Positions 41,289 to 53,617 of a stretch of 64,000 bases of DNA are shown in pieces (the first letter of the stretch is position 1; every line of letters starts with the position of its first letter). The notes under the pieces are model-generated. The model searched no databases and was not told the DNA's origin. It was given only the letters and a program-made list of their open reading frames with translations. Made by a program: the position numbers and the translations under genes. The stretch is from Escherichia coli. Its GTDB lineage: Bacteria > Pseudomonadota > Gammaproteobacteria > Enterobacterales > Enterobacteriaceae. The stretch lies in the NCBI RefSeq assembly GCF_030013205.1, contig NZ_CP122648.1; one strand, 5' to 3'.

Positions 41289-42131
41289 ATGCATTCACTC
41301 CAACGTAAAGTTCTGCGTACTATTTGTCCGGACCAAAAAGGTCTGATCGCACGTATTACCAATATTTGCTACAAGCACGAGTTAAATATCGTACAGAACA
41401 ATGAATTTGTTGATCACCGTACCGGGCGCTTTTTTATGCGCACGGAACTGGAAGGAATTTTTAATGATTCCACCCTGCTGGCGGATCTCGACAGCGCATT
41501 GCCAGAAGGCTCCGTACGTGAGCTGAATCCTGCCGGTCGTCGCCGGATAGTGATTCTGGTCACTAAAGAGGCGCATTGCCTCGGCGATTTGTTGATGAAA
41601 GCCAATTACGGCGGCCTGGATGTCGAAATCGCGGCAGTTATTGGTAACCACGATACTTTACGTTCTCTGGTTGAGCGTTTTGATATTCCGTTTGAGCTGG
41701 TAAGCCATGAAGGGTTAAGCCGCAACGAGCACGATCAAAAGATGGCGGATGCCATTGATGCTTATCAGCCTGACTACGTGGTGCTGGCGAAGTATATGCG
41801 GGTATTAACGCCAGAATTTGTGGCACGCTTCCCGAATAAGATCATCAATATTCACCATTCATTCCTGCCAGCGTTTATCGGCGCACGTCCTTATCACCAG
41901 GCCTATGAACGTGGCGTGAAGATTATTGGCGCAACCGCTCACTATGTGAATGACAATCTGGACGAAGGTCCAATCATCATGCAGGACGTTATTCATGTCG
42001 ATCATACCTACACAGCTGAAGATATGATGCGCGCAGGTCGTGACGTCGAGAAAAACGTCTTAAGTCGCGCACTCTACAAAGTACTGGCGCAGCGCGTCTT
42101 TGTTTACGGTAATCGGACGATTATTCTTTAA
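41289..42131 (+). CDS. purU: formyltetrahydrofolate deformylase PurU
   Basis: 280 aa with ACT and formyltransferase domains. Confidence 0.95.
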   Translation: MHSLQRKVLRTICPDQKGLIARITNICYKHELNIVQNNEFVDHRTGRFFMRTELEGIFNDSTLLADLDSALPEGSVRELNPAGRRRIVILVTKEAHCLGDLLMKANYGGLDVEIAAVIGNHDTLRSLVERFDIPFELVSHEGLSRNEHDQKMADAIDAYQPDYVVLAKYMRVLTPEFVARFPNKIINIHHSFLPAFIGARPYHQAYERGVKIIGATAHYVNDNLDEGPIIMQDVIHVDHTYTAEDMMRAGRDVEKNVLSRALYKVLAQRVFVYGNRTIIL

Positions 42132-42290
42132 TCGCCAGCAAAAATAACTGGTTACGTTTAATCCGTTACGGATGAAAATTACGCAACCAGTTCATTTTTC
42201 TCAACGTAACACTTTACAGCGGCGCGTCATTTGATATGATGCGCCCCGCTTCCTGATAAGGGAGCAGGCCAGTAAAAAGCATTACCCCGT

Positions 42291-42375
<85 letters not shown>

Positions 42376-42409
42376 TCTCAAGCATTACCTCAAAATTTGA
42401 ATTACCCTT

Positions 42410-42494
<85 letters not shown>

Positions 42495-42855
42495 TCACTT
42501 TCAAAAGTCCCTGAACTCTCAAACGAATCCGTAATTAAACATTCTGCCCAAGCGGGGAAGGATGAGAAGCTTCGACCAAGGTTCGACTCGAGCGCCAGCG
42601 AGAGAGCGTTGCCGCAGGCAACGACCCGAAGGGCGAAGCGCGCAGCGCTGAGTAATCCTTCCCCCACCACCATCACTTTCAAAAGCCCCGGAATTCTCAA
42701 ACGAATCCGCAATTAAATATTCTGCCCATGCGGGAAAGGATGAGAAGCTTCGACCAAGGTTCGACTTGAGCGCCAGCGAGAGAGCGTTGCCGCAGGCAAC
42801 GACCCGAAGGGCGAAGCGCGCAGCGCTGAGTAATCCTTCCCCCACCACCATCACT
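42495..42855 (+). repeat. rtT: rtT region: two tandem ~178-bp repeats, each ending with the tRNA-Tyr 3' segment
   Basis: Two near-identical units each ending AATCCTTCCCCCACCACCATC. Confidence 0.8.
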
Positions 42856-43034
42856 TCCTGTAAATACTCAAAACCTGTTACTCCGAGCTAATTCTGCCCA
42901 ATGGCACCGCGTTTACCGGACCTACAATATCCTCCCCTGTAGGTCGGATAAGCGAAGCGCATCCGACAACTCACCCCGTACCGTGCCCATAAAAAAACCC
43001 CGCCGAAGCGGGGTCTATGCAAACTAAAATTCGC

Positions 43035-43712
43035 TTAGTGACGAGCGCGCACCAGCTGATACTTACGTGTCAGATACTCCACCGGTACGCTCCAGATGTG
43101 CACCAGACGCGAGAACGGGAACAGCAGGAATAACGTCATCCCCAACACCAGGTGCAGACGGAAGATAAATGCCACACCATCAAGGTGTTGAGAAGCACCA
43201 CCGTGGAAGGTCACTACCGACTGCGCCCAGCCAACCAGTTTCATCATCTCGCTACCGTCCATATGCTGGGCTGAGAACGGAATGGTCAGCAAGCCCAGCG
43301 CGCACTGGATAACGAGCAGCGACAGGATCAGGATATCCGCTCCGGTAGTGGTTGCACGCACGCGTGGGCTGAACAGACGACGCTTCAGCAACAGCACGCC
43401 GCCAATCAGACACAGCACACCGCTGGCACCACCAGCAAACATCGCCATTTTCTGTTTCACTTCAATCGGCAGCCAGGCTTCATACATCCAGTGCGGCGTC
43501 AGCATACCGAAGAAGTGACCAACAAAAATCCCCAGAATACCGATATGGAACAGGTTCGACGCCAGGTTCATCCCTTTGCGATCCAGCATCTGGCTGGACG
43601 CCGCGCGCCAGGTGTACTGCCCGTAGTCATAACGCAGCCAGCTACCAATCAGGAAGACCGCCCCGGCTATGTACGGGTAGATATCAAAGAAGAACATATT
43701 CAGGAATTGCAT
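43035..43712 (-). CDS. narI: nitrate reductase A gamma subunit NarI
   Basis: 225-aa membrane cytochrome b; synteny. Confidence 0.95.
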   Translation of the reverse strand: MQFLNMFFFDIYPYIAGAVFLIGSWLRYDYGQYTWRAASSQMLDRKGMNLASNLFHIGILGIFVGHFFGMLTPHWMYEAWLPIEVKQKMAMFAGGASGVLCLIGGVLLLKRRLFSPRVRATTTGADILILSLLVIQCALGLLTIPFSAQHMDGSEMMKLVGWAQSVVTFHGGASQHLDGVAFIFRLHLVLGMTLFLLFPFSRLVHIWSVPVEYLTRKYQLVRARH

Positions 43713-44422
43713 TAGTGCTGTCCTCCGGTGGTGATATTCAGATATTGCGGCGCGACGGCACCGGCAAAGCGACGCTGATGAGCAGTGATTGCTGAATCAC
43801 CGCAGCCTTTGTCAGCAAAGAATTTAACCTGCTCTTCTTCCCAGACGGCATCCAGCGCCTGCGGCGTATCGTCGCGCGCTTCGTCGGCAATTTTTTCCGC
43901 CACTTTGTCGCTGTCGATAGCGGTATTCGCCAGTTTCAGCAGCAGATCAAACAGCACGGCATAACGGCTTTCACGCTGTTGCAGACGCGCACTCAGCAAT
44001 GCCAGAATCGGCGCAATATCTATCAAACCCTCCACGGCTTCGCTTTGCGGCAGCTGCGCCAGGTACTCCAGATACAGCGGCAGATGGTCGGGCAATTCGC
44101 GGCTGTTTAACTGCAAACCGTGCTGCTCATACTGCGCCAGCAGGTCTACCATCGCCTGACCGCGGTCGCGGGATTCACCGTGCACATGTTCAAACAGCAA
44201 CAGTGACGTGGCACGACCACGGTCGAACAGTTCGCTGTACTGGGCCTGAGCATCGAGCGGATCCATCGCCGTTAAATCGCGCAGGAAAATGCCCAGCGCA
44301 TGGGCATCTTCTTTCGACAGATTTTTCGACGCGGCAATCGCCTCAAACATCTCTTGTTGATGCTGCCATAAGGCAGCATCCGGATATTCAAGGAGACGCG
44401 ATACAATCACGAGTTCGATCAT
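43712..44422 (-). CDS. narJ: nitrate reductase assembly chaperone NarJ
   Basis: 236 aa; synteny. Confidence 0.95.
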   Translation of the reverse strand: MIELVIVSRLLEYPDAALWQHQQEMFEAIAASKNLSKEDAHALGIFLRDLTAMDPLDAQAQYSELFDRGRATSLLLFEHVHGESRDRGQAMVDLLAQYEQHGLQLNSRELPDHLPLYLEYLAQLPQSEAVEGLIDIAPILALLSARLQQRESRYAVLFDLLLKLANTAIDSDKVAEKIADEARDDTPQALDAVWEEEQVKFFADKGCGDSAITAHQRRFAGAVAPQYLNITTGGQH

Positions 44423-45957
44423 GGGTGCGGCTCCGTTTTGCTGGTTACGTCGATGGCATCGATACGGCGGCTGTTGAACAGATTGAATTTGGTATCTGAA
44501 CCGTGGCAGCCATCACCAAAGGTAAAGCCGCAGCCATTTTTCTCCGGGAAGGCTTCCCGCGCCAGTTCACGATGACTGCTCGGCACCACAAAGCGATCTT
44601 CGTAGTTAGCAATCGCCAGATAACGGTACATCTCCTGTGCCTGGGCTTCGGTCAGACCGACCTCTTCCAGCGCACGGGTATCGACTTTACCGTCAACGGT
44701 TTCAGCACGTTTGTAATGACGCATCGCCAGCATACGTTTCAGCGCGCGCAGTACCGGTTTGGTATCACCGGCGGTCAGCAGATTCGCCAGATACTGTACC
44801 GGAATACGCAGGCTTTCGACGTCTGGCAGAATGCCGTTGCTGCCCAGCTCACCCGCGTCTGCTGCAGACTGAATCGGAGACAGAGGCGGCACGTACCAGA
44901 CCATCGGCAGTGTGCGATATTCTGGATGCAGCGGCAGCGCCAGTTTCCATTCCATCGCCATTTTATAAACCGGCGACTGCTGTGCGGCTTCAATAACGCT
45001 CAGCGGAATACCGTCTTTAATTGCCTGCTCGATGACTTTCGGATCGTTCGGATCGAGGAACACCTCCAGCTGACGCTGGTAGAGATCTTTCTCGTTCTCG
45101 GTGCTGGCTGCACGTTCAATGGCGTCCGCATCGTACAGCAGCACGCCGAGATAACGGATACGACCGACACAGGTTTCAGAGCACACCGTCGGCTGACCCG
45201 CTTCAATACGCGGATAGCAGAAGATGCACTTCTCAGACTTACCGCTCTTCCAGTTGAAGTAGATTTTTTTGTATGGGCATCCGGTGATGCACATACGCCA
45301 GCCACGGCATTTATCCTGGTCGATCAGGACGATGCCATCTTCTTCACGCTTGTAAATCGCACCGCTCGGGCAGGTCGCCACACATGCCGGGTTCAGGCAG
45401 TGTTCGCACAGGCGCGGCAAATACATCATGAAGGTGTTTTCGAACTGGCTATACATCGCCTTCTGGATGTTGTCGAAGTTCTTGTCTTTCGCCAGCTTGT
45501 CAAACTCACCGCCCAGGTCATCTTCCCAGTTCGGCCCTTTTTCGATTTTCGCCATACGTTCGCAGGTAATCAGCGAACGCGGACGGGCAATCGGCTGCGA
45601 TTTGCTGCCTTCCGGCGCGGTATGCAGGTTCTGATAATCAAAATCGAACGGCTCGTAATAATCGTCGATCCCCGGCAGATGCGGGTTAGCGAAGATTTTA
45701 CCCAGCAGCATGGCACGGTTACCCATGCGCGGCTGCAGTTTGCCATTGATTTTACGGATCCAGCCGCCTTTGTATTTTTCCTGGTTTTCCCAGTCAGTCG
45801 GGAAGCCCTGGCCCGGCTTGGTTTCCACGTTGTTGAACCACGCGTATTCCACGCCTTCGCGGCTGGTCCAGACGTTTTTACAGGTAACTGAACAGGTGTG
45901 GCAGCCGATGCACTTATCGAGATTCAGCACCATGCCGACTTGTGAACGAATTTTCAT
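44419..45957 (-). CDS. narH: nitrate reductase A beta subunit NarH
   Basis: 512 aa with multiple Cys clusters. Confidence 0.95.
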   Translation of the reverse strand: MKIRSQVGMVLNLDKCIGCHTCSVTCKNVWTSREGVEYAWFNNVETKPGQGFPTDWENQEKYKGGWIRKINGKLQPRMGNRAMLLGKIFANPHLPGIDDYYEPFDFDYQNLHTAPEGSKSQPIARPRSLITCERMAKIEKGPNWEDDLGGEFDKLAKDKNFDNIQKAMYSQFENTFMMYLPRLCEHCLNPACVATCPSGAIYKREEDGIVLIDQDKCRGWRMCITGCPYKKIYFNWKSGKSEKCIFCYPRIEAGQPTVCSETCVGRIRYLGVLLYDADAIERAASTENEKDLYQRQLEVFLDPNDPKVIEQAIKDGIPLSVIEAAQQSPVYKMAMEWKLALPLHPEYRTLPMVWYVPPLSPIQSAADAGELGSNGILPDVESLRIPVQYLANLLTAGDTKPVLRALKRMLAMRHYKRAETVDGKVDTRALEEVGLTEAQAQEMYRYLAIANYEDRFVVPSSHRELAREAFPEKNGCGFTFGDGCHGSDTKFNLFNSRRIDAIDVTSKTEPHP

Positions 45958-48900
45958 TTTACGCTCTCCTGTACCTGGTCATTGCCTTCGCCATCTAACC
46001 AGTCAATGTTCTTCATCTTACGCACTACAACAAACTCATCGCGGTTAGAACCTACGGTGCCGTAGTAGTTAAAGCCGTATGCCAGATGGGCATAGCCGCC
46101 AATCATATGCGTCGGTTTCGGCGTGATACGGGTGACCGAGTTATGGATACCACCACGCTGTTGGGTAATTTCCGAACCCGGCAGGTTAACGATACGTTCC
46201 TGCGCGTGGTACATCATGGTCATCCCTGCCGGAACACGCTGGCTGACAACCGCACGGGCAGTCAGAGCACCGTTGCTGTTGAAGACTTCAATCCAGTCGT
46301 TATCGACAATGCCCAGATCTTTGGCATCGGCTTCACTCAGCCAGACCACCGGACCACCGCGACCTAAAGTCAGCATCAGCAGGTTGTCGCTGTAGGTGGA
46401 GTGGATACCCCACTTCTGGTGCGGCGTCAGGAAGTTGAGCGCTTTTTCCGGGTTGCCGTTGGATTTCTGGCCTATCACTTCTTTCACCGAACGGGTGTCG
46501 ATCGGCGGACGATAAACCAGCAAGCTTTCACCGAAATCACGCATCCACTGGTGATCCTGATACAGCTGCTGACGGCCAGAGAGCGTACGCCACGGGATCA
46601 GCTCGTGAACGTTGGTGTAACCGGCGTTGTAAGAAACGTGTTCATCTTCAAGGCCAGACCAGGTCGGGCTGGAGATGATTTTGCGCGGCTGTGCCTGAAT
46701 ATCGCGGAAGCGAATCTTCTCGTCTTCTTTATTCAGCGCCAGATGCGTATGGTCACGACCGGTAAACTCGCTCAGGGCAGCCCAGGCTTTTACAGCTACC
46801 TGACCATTGGTTTCCGGTGCCAGCGTCAGGATCATCTCTGCCGCATCAATTGCGGTATTGAGCATCGGCTGACCTTTTGCCGGACCTTCCGCTTTGGTGT
46901 AGTTGAGCTTACGCAGCAGATCCATCTCGCTCTGGGTGTTCCAGGCAATCCCTTTACCGCCGTTACCGATTTTCTCCATCAGCGGGCCGATAGAGGTAAA
47001 GCGTTCGTAAGTTGCCGGATAATCGCGCTCTACGACCATAATGTGCGGTGCAGTTTTACCTGGGATCAGGTCGCATTCGCCTTTTTTCCAGTCTTTCACA
47101 TCCAGCGGCTGCGCCAGTTCAGCGGCAGAGTCGTGCTGGATAGGCAGCGTGACGATGTCGGTTTCTTTACCCAGATGACCAACGCACACTTCGGAGAATT
47201 TCTTCGCGATGGCTTTGTAGATTTCCCAGTCGCTTTTCGCTTCCCAGGCCGGATCGACCGCCGCAGACAGCGGGTGAATAAACGGATGCATATCCGAAGT
47301 ATTCATGTCGTCTTTTTCGTACCAGGTCGCCGTCGGCAAAATGATGTCGGAATAGAGACAGGTGCTCGACAGACGGAAGTCCAGCGTAACCACCAGATCC
47401 AGCTTGCCTTCCAGACCATTGTCCTGCCAGTCCACTTCTTCCGGCTTCACGCCGCCCTGCTGCCCCAGATCTTTACCCTGGATACCGTGCTCCGTCCCCA
47501 GCAGGTACTTGAGCATAAACTCATGACCTTTACCGGAAGAACCGAGCAGGTTAGAACGCCAGATGAACAGGTTGCGCGGGTGGTTTTTACCGTTTTCTGG
47601 TTGTTCTGCCGCAAAACGGATAGAACCCTCTTTCAGGGATTTCACGGTGTAATCCACCGGATTCATGCCCGCTTTTTCCGCTTCGCGAGCGATAGTTAGC
47701 GGGTTAGTGCCTAACTGCGGCGCAGACGGCAGCCAGCCCATACGTTCTGCACGGACGTTAAAGTCGATCAAGTGTCCGGTATAACGGGATTTATCCGCCA
47801 TCGGCGACAGCAACTCGTCTGCGGTCACGGTTTCATAACGCCACTGGCTGGAGTGGTTATAAAAATAAGAGGTGCTGTTCATGTGACGCGCCGGACGCTG
47901 CCAGTCGAGGGCAAACGCCAGCGGCTGCCAGCCGGTTTGCGGACGCAGTTTTTCCTGACCTACATAGTGCGCCCAGCCCCCCCCGCTCTGACCGACACAG
48001 CCGCAGAAAATCAGCATGTTGATCAGACCACGATAGTTCATATCGAGGTGATACCAGTGGTTCAGCCCCGCACCGACGATAATCATCGAACGACCGTGCG
48101 TTTTATCCGCGTTATCGGCAAATTCACGGGCGATGCGAATAATCTGGCTGCGAGAAACGCCGGTAATCTGCTCGGCCCACGCAGGGGTGTAAGCTTTCAC
48201 ATCGTCGTAGCTGGTTGCGCAGTTAACGTCGTTCAGGCCACGTTCCAGACCATAGTTTGCCAGCGTCAGATCGTAAACGGTGGTCACCAGAGCGGTGCGG
48301 CCATCAGCCAGTTGCAGGCGTTTCACCGGCAGCTTGTGCAGCAGAATGTTTTCCAGTTCCACTTTGTTGAAGTGTTCAGTGCCGTCGCCACCAAAGTACG
48401 GGAAGCCCACCTCAGCGATCTCATCCTGGCTACCCAGCAGGCTCAGTTGCAGCTCGGTTTCTTCGCCAGTTTTGCCGTCGCGCTGCTCAAGATTCCATTT
48501 GCCCTTCTCGCCCCAGCGGAAGCCAATAGAACCGTTCGGCGCAACCATTTCGCCATTGGTATTAAAGGCGACTGTTTTCCATTCCGGATTGTTTTCCTGG
48601 CCCAGCGCATCCACCAGATCGGCAGCGCGCAGCATACGACCCGCAGCGTAGTAACCGTCGCGCTCTTCCAGCATCACCAGCATCGGCATGTCGGTGTAGC
48701 GACGCACATAGTCGGTGAAATACTGGCTTGGGTTGTCGAGGTGGAATTCACGCAGCATTACGTGGCCCATCGCCAGCGCCATTGCCGCATCGGTGCCCTG
48801 TTTCGGTGCCAACCACAGATCGCACAGTTTGGCGATTTCAGCGTAGTCTGGCGTGACGGCAACAGTTTTGGTGCCTTTGTAACGCACTTCAGTAAAGAAG

Positions 48901-49697
48901 TGAGCATCCGGGGTACGCGTCTGCGGCACGTTTGAACCCCAGGCGATGATGTAGCTGGAGTTGTACCAGTCAGCAGATTCCGGTACGTCAGTCTGCTCGC
49001 CCCAGGTTTGCGGAGATGCAGGAGGCAGGTCGCAGTACCAGTCGTAGAAGCTTAAGCAAGTACCGCCAAGCAGCGAGAGATAGCGCGCGCCGGAAGCGTA
49101 AGAAACCATCGACATTGCCGGAATTGGCGAGAAGCCAGCGACGCGGTCCGGGCCGTAGTTTTTGATGGTGTAAACGTTAGAGGCGGCGATCATTTCATTC
49201 ACTTCCTGCCAGGAAGAACGAACAAAACCACCGCGTCCACGCGCCTGCTTAAAGCTTTTCGCTTTATCGGCGTCTTCAATGATAGAAGCCCATGCCTCAA
49301 CCGGATCGCTATGCAGCGCCTTCGCTTCACGCCACATTTTCATCAGGCGTTTGCGCATCATCGGGTATTTCAGACGGTTGGCGCTGTAAAGATACCAGGA
49401 GTAGCTGGCACCACGCGGGCAGCCGCGAGGTTCATGGTTTGGCAGGTCCGGGCGAGTACGCGGATAGTCAGTCTGCTGGGTTTCCCAGGTCACCAGACCG
49501 TTTTTAACGTAGATTTTCCAGCTGCAGGAGCCGGTGCAGTTTACCCCGTGGGTAGAGCGGACGATTTTGTCATGCTGCCAACGCTGGCGATATCCATCCT
49601 CCCAGTCACGGTTGGTATTGAGAAGCTGGCCATGCCCATCGGCAAAGGTTTCACCCTTCTGTTTGAAGTAGCGAAACCGGTCCAGGAATTTACTCAT
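45954..49697 (-). CDS. narG: nitrate reductase A alpha subunit NarG
   Basis: 1247-aa molybdoenzyme catalytic subunit. Confidence 0.97.
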   Translation of the reverse strand: MSKFLDRFRYFKQKGETFADGHGQLLNTNRDWEDGYRQRWQHDKIVRSTHGVNCTGSCSWKIYVKNGLVTWETQQTDYPRTRPDLPNHEPRGCPRGASYSWYLYSANRLKYPMMRKRLMKMWREAKALHSDPVEAWASIIEDADKAKSFKQARGRGGFVRSSWQEVNEMIAASNVYTIKNYGPDRVAGFSPIPAMSMVSYASGARYLSLLGGTCLSFYDWYCDLPPASPQTWGEQTDVPESADWYNSSYIIAWGSNVPQTRTPDAHFFTEVRYKGTKTVAVTPDYAEIAKLCDLWLAPKQGTDAAMALAMGHVMLREFHLDNPSQYFTDYVRRYTDMPMLVMLEERDGYYAAGRMLRAADLVDALGQENNPEWKTVAFNTNGEMVAPNGSIGFRWGEKGKWNLEQRDGKTGEETELQLSLLGSQDEIAEVGFPYFGGDGTEHFNKVELENILLHKLPVKRLQLADGRTALVTTVYDLTLANYGLERGLNDVNCATSYDDVKAYTPAWAEQITGVSRSQIIRIAREFADNADKTHGRSMIIVGAGLNHWYHLDMNYRGLINMLIFCGCVGQSGGGWAHYVGQEKLRPQTGWQPLAFALDWQRPARHMNSTSYFYNHSSQWRYETVTADELLSPMADKSRYTGHLIDFNVRAERMGWLPSAPQLGTNPLTIAREAEKAGMNPVDYTVKSLKEGSIRFAAEQPENGKNHPRNLFIWRSNLLGSSGKGHEFMLKYLLGTEHGIQGKDLGQQGGVKPEEVDWQDNGLEGKLDLVVTLDFRLSSTCLYSDIILPTATWYEKDDMNTSDMHPFIHPLSAAVDPAWEAKSDWEIYKAIAKKFSEVCVGHLGKETDIVTLPIQHDSAAELAQPLDVKDWKKGECDLIPGKTAPHIMVVERDYPATYERFTSIGPLMEKIGNGGKGIAWNTQSEMDLLRKLNYTKAEGPAKGQPMLNTAIDAAEMILTLAPETNGQVAVKAWAALSEFTGRDHTHLALNKEDEKIRFRDIQAQPRKIISSPTWSGLEDEHVSYNAGYTNVHELIPWRTLSGRQQLYQDHQWMRDFGESLLVYRPPIDTRSVKEVIGQKSNGNPEKALNFLTPHQKWGIHSTYSDNLLMLTLGRGGPVVWLSEADAKDLGIVDNDWIEVFNSNGALTARAVVSQRVPAGMTMMYHAQERIVNLPGSEITQQRGGIHNSVTRITPKPTHMIGGYAHLAYGFNYYGTVGSNRDEFVVVRKMKNIDWLDGEGNDQVQESVK

Positions 49698-50090
49698 CGG
49701 TTTTCTCCTGTGGGAGCCTGTCGGCCCTCTGATAAATCGACATTGCTAATGTTTAAGGGCAAGGTAACGCTCTGAAACAGCGTGGGAATTGATAACGATC
49801 AAGAGTGATGGGGATGAAAAATAAAGTAAATTCCTAAGATACCCCTTTAGGATAATTAACAGCCACAACATAACAGACTGTAAATTAAGACGTTTTATAC
49901 CTGTAGTTATTTAAACTATTAAGATTTTTATGCAGATGGGTATTAAGGAGTATTCCCCATGGGTAACATATTAATGGCTCTTAATGAAATCCGGCGAAAT
50001 AAGCCACTCACACATGAGTATGTTGTAACTAAACGACAGATAAAAAAAGCGCGACATCATGCCGCGCAAAGGATAATCAAATATTAAGAT

Positions 50091-51482
50091 TTATTTTTTA
50101 GAATGCCGACCATATACCGCCCAAGTAATCACTACACAGGCGATATAGAAAATCAAAAATACTTTCATTGCGCCGACTGGCGAACCCGTTAATGCCAGCG
50201 AGCTACCGAACGCTTTCGGGATAAAGAAGCCACCAATCGCGCCAATCGCAGAGATGAAACCCAGCGCCGCCGCCGTGTCGGTTGCCGCTTCACGCATCGC
50301 ACGTTCGTCAGAACCCCCTTCTGCTTTCACGCGATCCATTGTCAGTTTACGGAAGATCACGGAAATCATCTGGAAAGTGGAACCACTACCCAGCCCAGCT
50401 GTCAGGAACAGCGCCAGGAAGACCGCGAAGAACGCCATGAAGCTTCCGCCCTGCCCGTCAGTCGGTAAGGTCAGGAACAGCAGGCCGCTGAAAATCGCCA
50501 TCAGGATAAAGTTCACCAGTGTGACACGAGTTCCGCCCAGACGGTCAGATAATGCACCACCTGCAGAACGCGCCAGCGCACCAATAAACGGCCCGAAGAA
50601 AGCGTATTGCAGAATCTGAACATCCGGGAACTGCGTTTTTGACAGCATCGCAAAGCCCGCGGAGAAGCCGATGAAGGAGCCGAAGGTTGCCAGATACAGC
50701 AGGCTCATAATCCACAGATGACCCCGTTTGAGTACCGGCAACTGCTCCTTGATGGAGGCTTTCGAGGTAGCAAGATCGTTCATGCCAAACCACGCCGCAA
50801 TGGTGAAGATGGCAAGGAACGGCACCCATACCCAGGACGCATTCGCCAGATACAGCTCACTCCCATCCGGCTGTTTAACACCCTGGCTACCAAATACTGC
50901 GAAAATCGACAGTGATACCACCAGCGGAGCAACCAACTGCATGACGCTGACGCCCATGTTGCCCAGACCACCATTCAGACCCAGCGCGCCACCCTGCTTC
51001 TGTTTCGGAAAGAAGAAGCTGATGTTTGCCATACTGGAAGCGAAGTTCGCGCCAGCAAAGCCGCACAGCAGAGAGATGATGATGAAGACGCTATAAGGCG
51101 TGGAGGTATCCTGCACGGCAAAACCCAGCCAGACGCAAGGAATAATCAGAATACCGGTGCTGAACGCCGTCCAGCGACGACCACCGAAGATAGGAACCAT
51201 AAAGGAGTATGGAACACGTAATAACGCGCCAGAAACCGAAGGCAGCGCAGTCAACATAAATAGCTGATCGGTCGTAAAATTAAAACCAACTTTTGGTAAG
51301 TTCACCGCAACAGCGCTGAACAACATCCATACGCAAAACGCCAGCAGCAGACAGGGAACGGAAATCCACAGGTTGCGGCTGGCAATACGTTGACCGCGTT
51401 GTTGCCAGAACGCAGGATCTTCCGGTCGCCAATCTGTAATGACAGCTCCAGTAGCCCTTTCGGGGGCGGATGAGTGACTCAT
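50091..51482 (-). CDS. narK: nitrate/nitrite transporter NarK
   Basis: MFS transporter; start taken at MSHSSAPERATG... Confidence 0.93.
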   Translation of the reverse strand: MSHSSAPERATGAVITDWRPEDPAFWQQRGQRIASRNLWISVPCLLLAFCVWMLFSAVAVNLPKVGFNFTTDQLFMLTALPSVSGALLRVPYSFMVPIFGGRRWTAFSTGILIIPCVWLGFAVQDTSTPYSVFIIISLLCGFAGANFASSMANISFFFPKQKQGGALGLNGGLGNMGVSVMQLVAPLVVSLSIFAVFGSQGVKQPDGSELYLANASWVWVPFLAIFTIAAWFGMNDLATSKASIKEQLPVLKRGHLWIMSLLYLATFGSFIGFSAGFAMLSKTQFPDVQILQYAFFGPFIGALARSAGGALSDRLGGTRVTLVNFILMAIFSGLLFLTLPTDGQGGSFMAFFAVFLALFLTAGLGSGSTFQMISVIFRKLTMDRVKAEGGSDERAMREAATDTAAALGFISAIGAIGGFFIPKAFGSSLALTGSPVGAMKVFLIFYIACVVITWAVYGRHSKK

Positions 51483-51820
51483 AGACACCTCTGATACTCG
51501 TTTCGATGTCTGCCACCTTAGTGTCTGTAGCTAAAGGCAATTTGATGTAAATCAAACGATAAGATAACTTTATCTATCATTGATATTTATCATTACCCAT
51601 AGTGAGTACAGTGATTTCATAAAAATTATGAGATTTTTCACGGTGCTGTAAAATCCCTACCCTTACCGATGTAAAGCGACTAACCACACGGCAAATAAGG
51701 AGTAACTCTTTCCGGGTATGGGTATACTTCAGCCAATAGCCGAGAATACTGCCATTCCAGAATGTATCGTCACATTCATTAAGGTTATTGCTCATTTAAA
51801 GCCTGAAGGAAGAGGTTTAC

Positions 51821-53617
51821 ATGCTTAAACGTTGTCTCTCTCCGCTCACCCTGGTTAATCAGGTTGCGCTTATTGTGTTGCTTTCTACTGCTATTGGACT
51901 GGCAGGGATGGCGGTTTCTGGCTGGCTGGTGCAAGGCGTTCAGGGCAGCGCCCATGCGATCAACAAAGCGGGATCGCTGCGCATGCAAAGTTACCGTCTG
52001 TTGGCAGCAGTGCCATTAAGCGAGAAAGACAAGTCCTTAATTAAAGAGATGGAACAAACAGCATTTAGCGCCGAATTAACCCGAGCAGCAGAACGAGACG
52101 GACAACTGGCGCAATTACAGGGTTTACAAGATTACTGGCGTAATGAACTGATCCCTGCGCTGATGCGTGCACAAAACCGCGAAACGGTGTCAGCGGATGT
52201 CAGCCAGTTTGTTGCCGGGCTTGATCAGCTGGTATCTGGTTTTGACCGCACCACGGAAATGCGTATTGAGACAGTGGTGCTGGTCCATCGGGTAATGGCG
52301 GTATTTATGGCACTTTTACTAGTGTTCACTATTATCTGGTTGCGTGCGCGATTGCTACAACCGTGGCGGCAACTGCTGGCAATGGCGAGTGCCGTCAGCC
52401 ATCGCGATTTTACCCAACGCGCGAACATCAGCGGGCGCAACGAAATGGCGATGCTTGGAACTGCGTTGAACAATATGTCTGCAGAACTGGCCGAAAGTTA
52501 TGCCATACTTGAGCAGCGGGTTCAGGAGAAAACCGCCGGGCTGGAGCATAAAAATCAGATCCTCTCTTTTTTATGGCAGGCCAACCGCCGATTGCATTCC
52601 CGCGCCCCGCTGTGTGAACGCCTGTCACCTGTACTCAACGGCTTACAGAATTTGACCCTGCTACGTGATATTGAACTGCGGGTGTATGACACTGATGATG
52701 AAGAGAATCATCAGGAGTTTACCTGCCAGCCAGATATGACTTGTGATGATAAAGGCTGCCAGCTCTGCCCGCGCGGCGTATTACCCGTTGGCGATCGCGG
52801 CACAACCCTGAAGTGGCGGCTGGCTGACTCTCATACGCAGTACGGTATTTTGCTGGCGACCCTGCCGCAGGGGCGTCATCTTAGCCATGATCAACAACAA
52901 CTGGTGGATACCCTGGTTGAACAACTCACCGCCACGCTGGCGTTGGATCGCCATCAGGAACGTCAGCAACAGTTGATCGTGATGGAAGAGCGTGCCACCA
53001 TTGCGCGCGAACTGCATGATTCTATTGCCCAATCTCTCTCTTGCATGAAGATGCAGGTGAGTTGTTTACAGATGCAGGGCGATGCGCTGCCAGAAAGCAG
53101 TCGCGAACTGTTAAGTCAGATCCGTAACGAACTGAATGCATCCTGGGCGCAGTTGCGTGAATTGCTCACCACATTCCGTTTGCAGCTCACCGAGCCTGGA
53201 TTACGTCCGGCGCTGGAGGCGAGTTGCGAAGAGTACAGCGCCAAATTTGGCTTCCCGGTGAAGCTGAATTATCAATTGCCGCCTCGTCTGGTGCCTTCGC
53301 ATCAGGCAATCCACTTGTTGCAAATTGCCCGTGAGGCATTAAGTAACGCCCTCAAACATTCGCAAGCGAGTGAAGTCGTGGTGACGGTGGCGCAAAACGA
53401 TAATCAGGTCAAACTGACCGTCCAGGATAACGGCTGCGGCGTGCCTGAAAATGCCATCCGCAGCAATCACTACGGCATGATAATAATGCGCGACCGTGCG
53501 CAAAGTTTACGAGGCGATTGCCGCGTCCGCCGTCGTGAATCAGGTGGCACCGAAGTGGTGGTCACCTTTATTCCCGAAAAAACTTTCACAGACGTCCAAG
53601 GAGATACCCATGAGTAA
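51821..53617 (+). CDS. narX: nitrate/nitrite sensor kinase NarX
   Basis: 598 aa with HAMP and histidine kinase domains. Confidence 0.95.
   Translation: MLKRCLSPLTLVNQVALIVLLSTAIGLAGMAVSGWLVQGVQGSAHAINKAGSLRMQSYRLLAAVPLSEKDKSLIKEMEQTAFSAELTRAAERDGQLAQLQGLQDYWRNELIPALMRAQNRETVSADVSQFVAGLDQLVSGFDRTTEMRIETVVLVHRVMAVFMALLLVFTIIWLRARLLQPWRQLLAMASAVSHRDFTQRANISGRNEMAMLGTALNNMSAELAESYAILEQRVQEKTAGLEHKNQILSFLWQANRRLHSRAPLCERLSPVLNGLQNLTLLRDIELRVYDTDDEENHQEFTCQPDMTCDDKGCQLCPRGVLPVGDRGTTLKWRLADSHTQYGILLATLPQGRHLSHDQQQLVDTLVEQLTATLALDRHQERQQQLIVMEERATIARELHDSIAQSLSCMKMQVSCLQMQGDALPESSRELLSQIRNELNASWAQLRELLTTFRLQLTEPGLRPALEASCEEYSAKFGFPVKLNYQLPPRLVPSHQAIHLLQIAREALSNALKHSQASEVVVTVAQNDNQVKLTVQDNGCGVPENAIRSNHYGMIIMRDRAQSLRGDCRVRRRESGGTEVVVTFIPEKTFTDVQGDTHE

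Noticed and set aside
42495-42855. Tandem repeats after tyrV as a possible CRISPR array
   Set aside because: Units are about 178 bp, end in tRNA-Tyr 3' segments and match the known rtT repeats; no short repeat-spacer structure and no cas genes.
46401-48935. Plus-strand ORFs of 432 and 387 aa inside narG, and a 462-aa one inside narH (44503-45891)
   Set aside because: Antisense to the nitrate reductase genes; low-complexity Arg/His-rich translations typical of reverse-strand artefacts.
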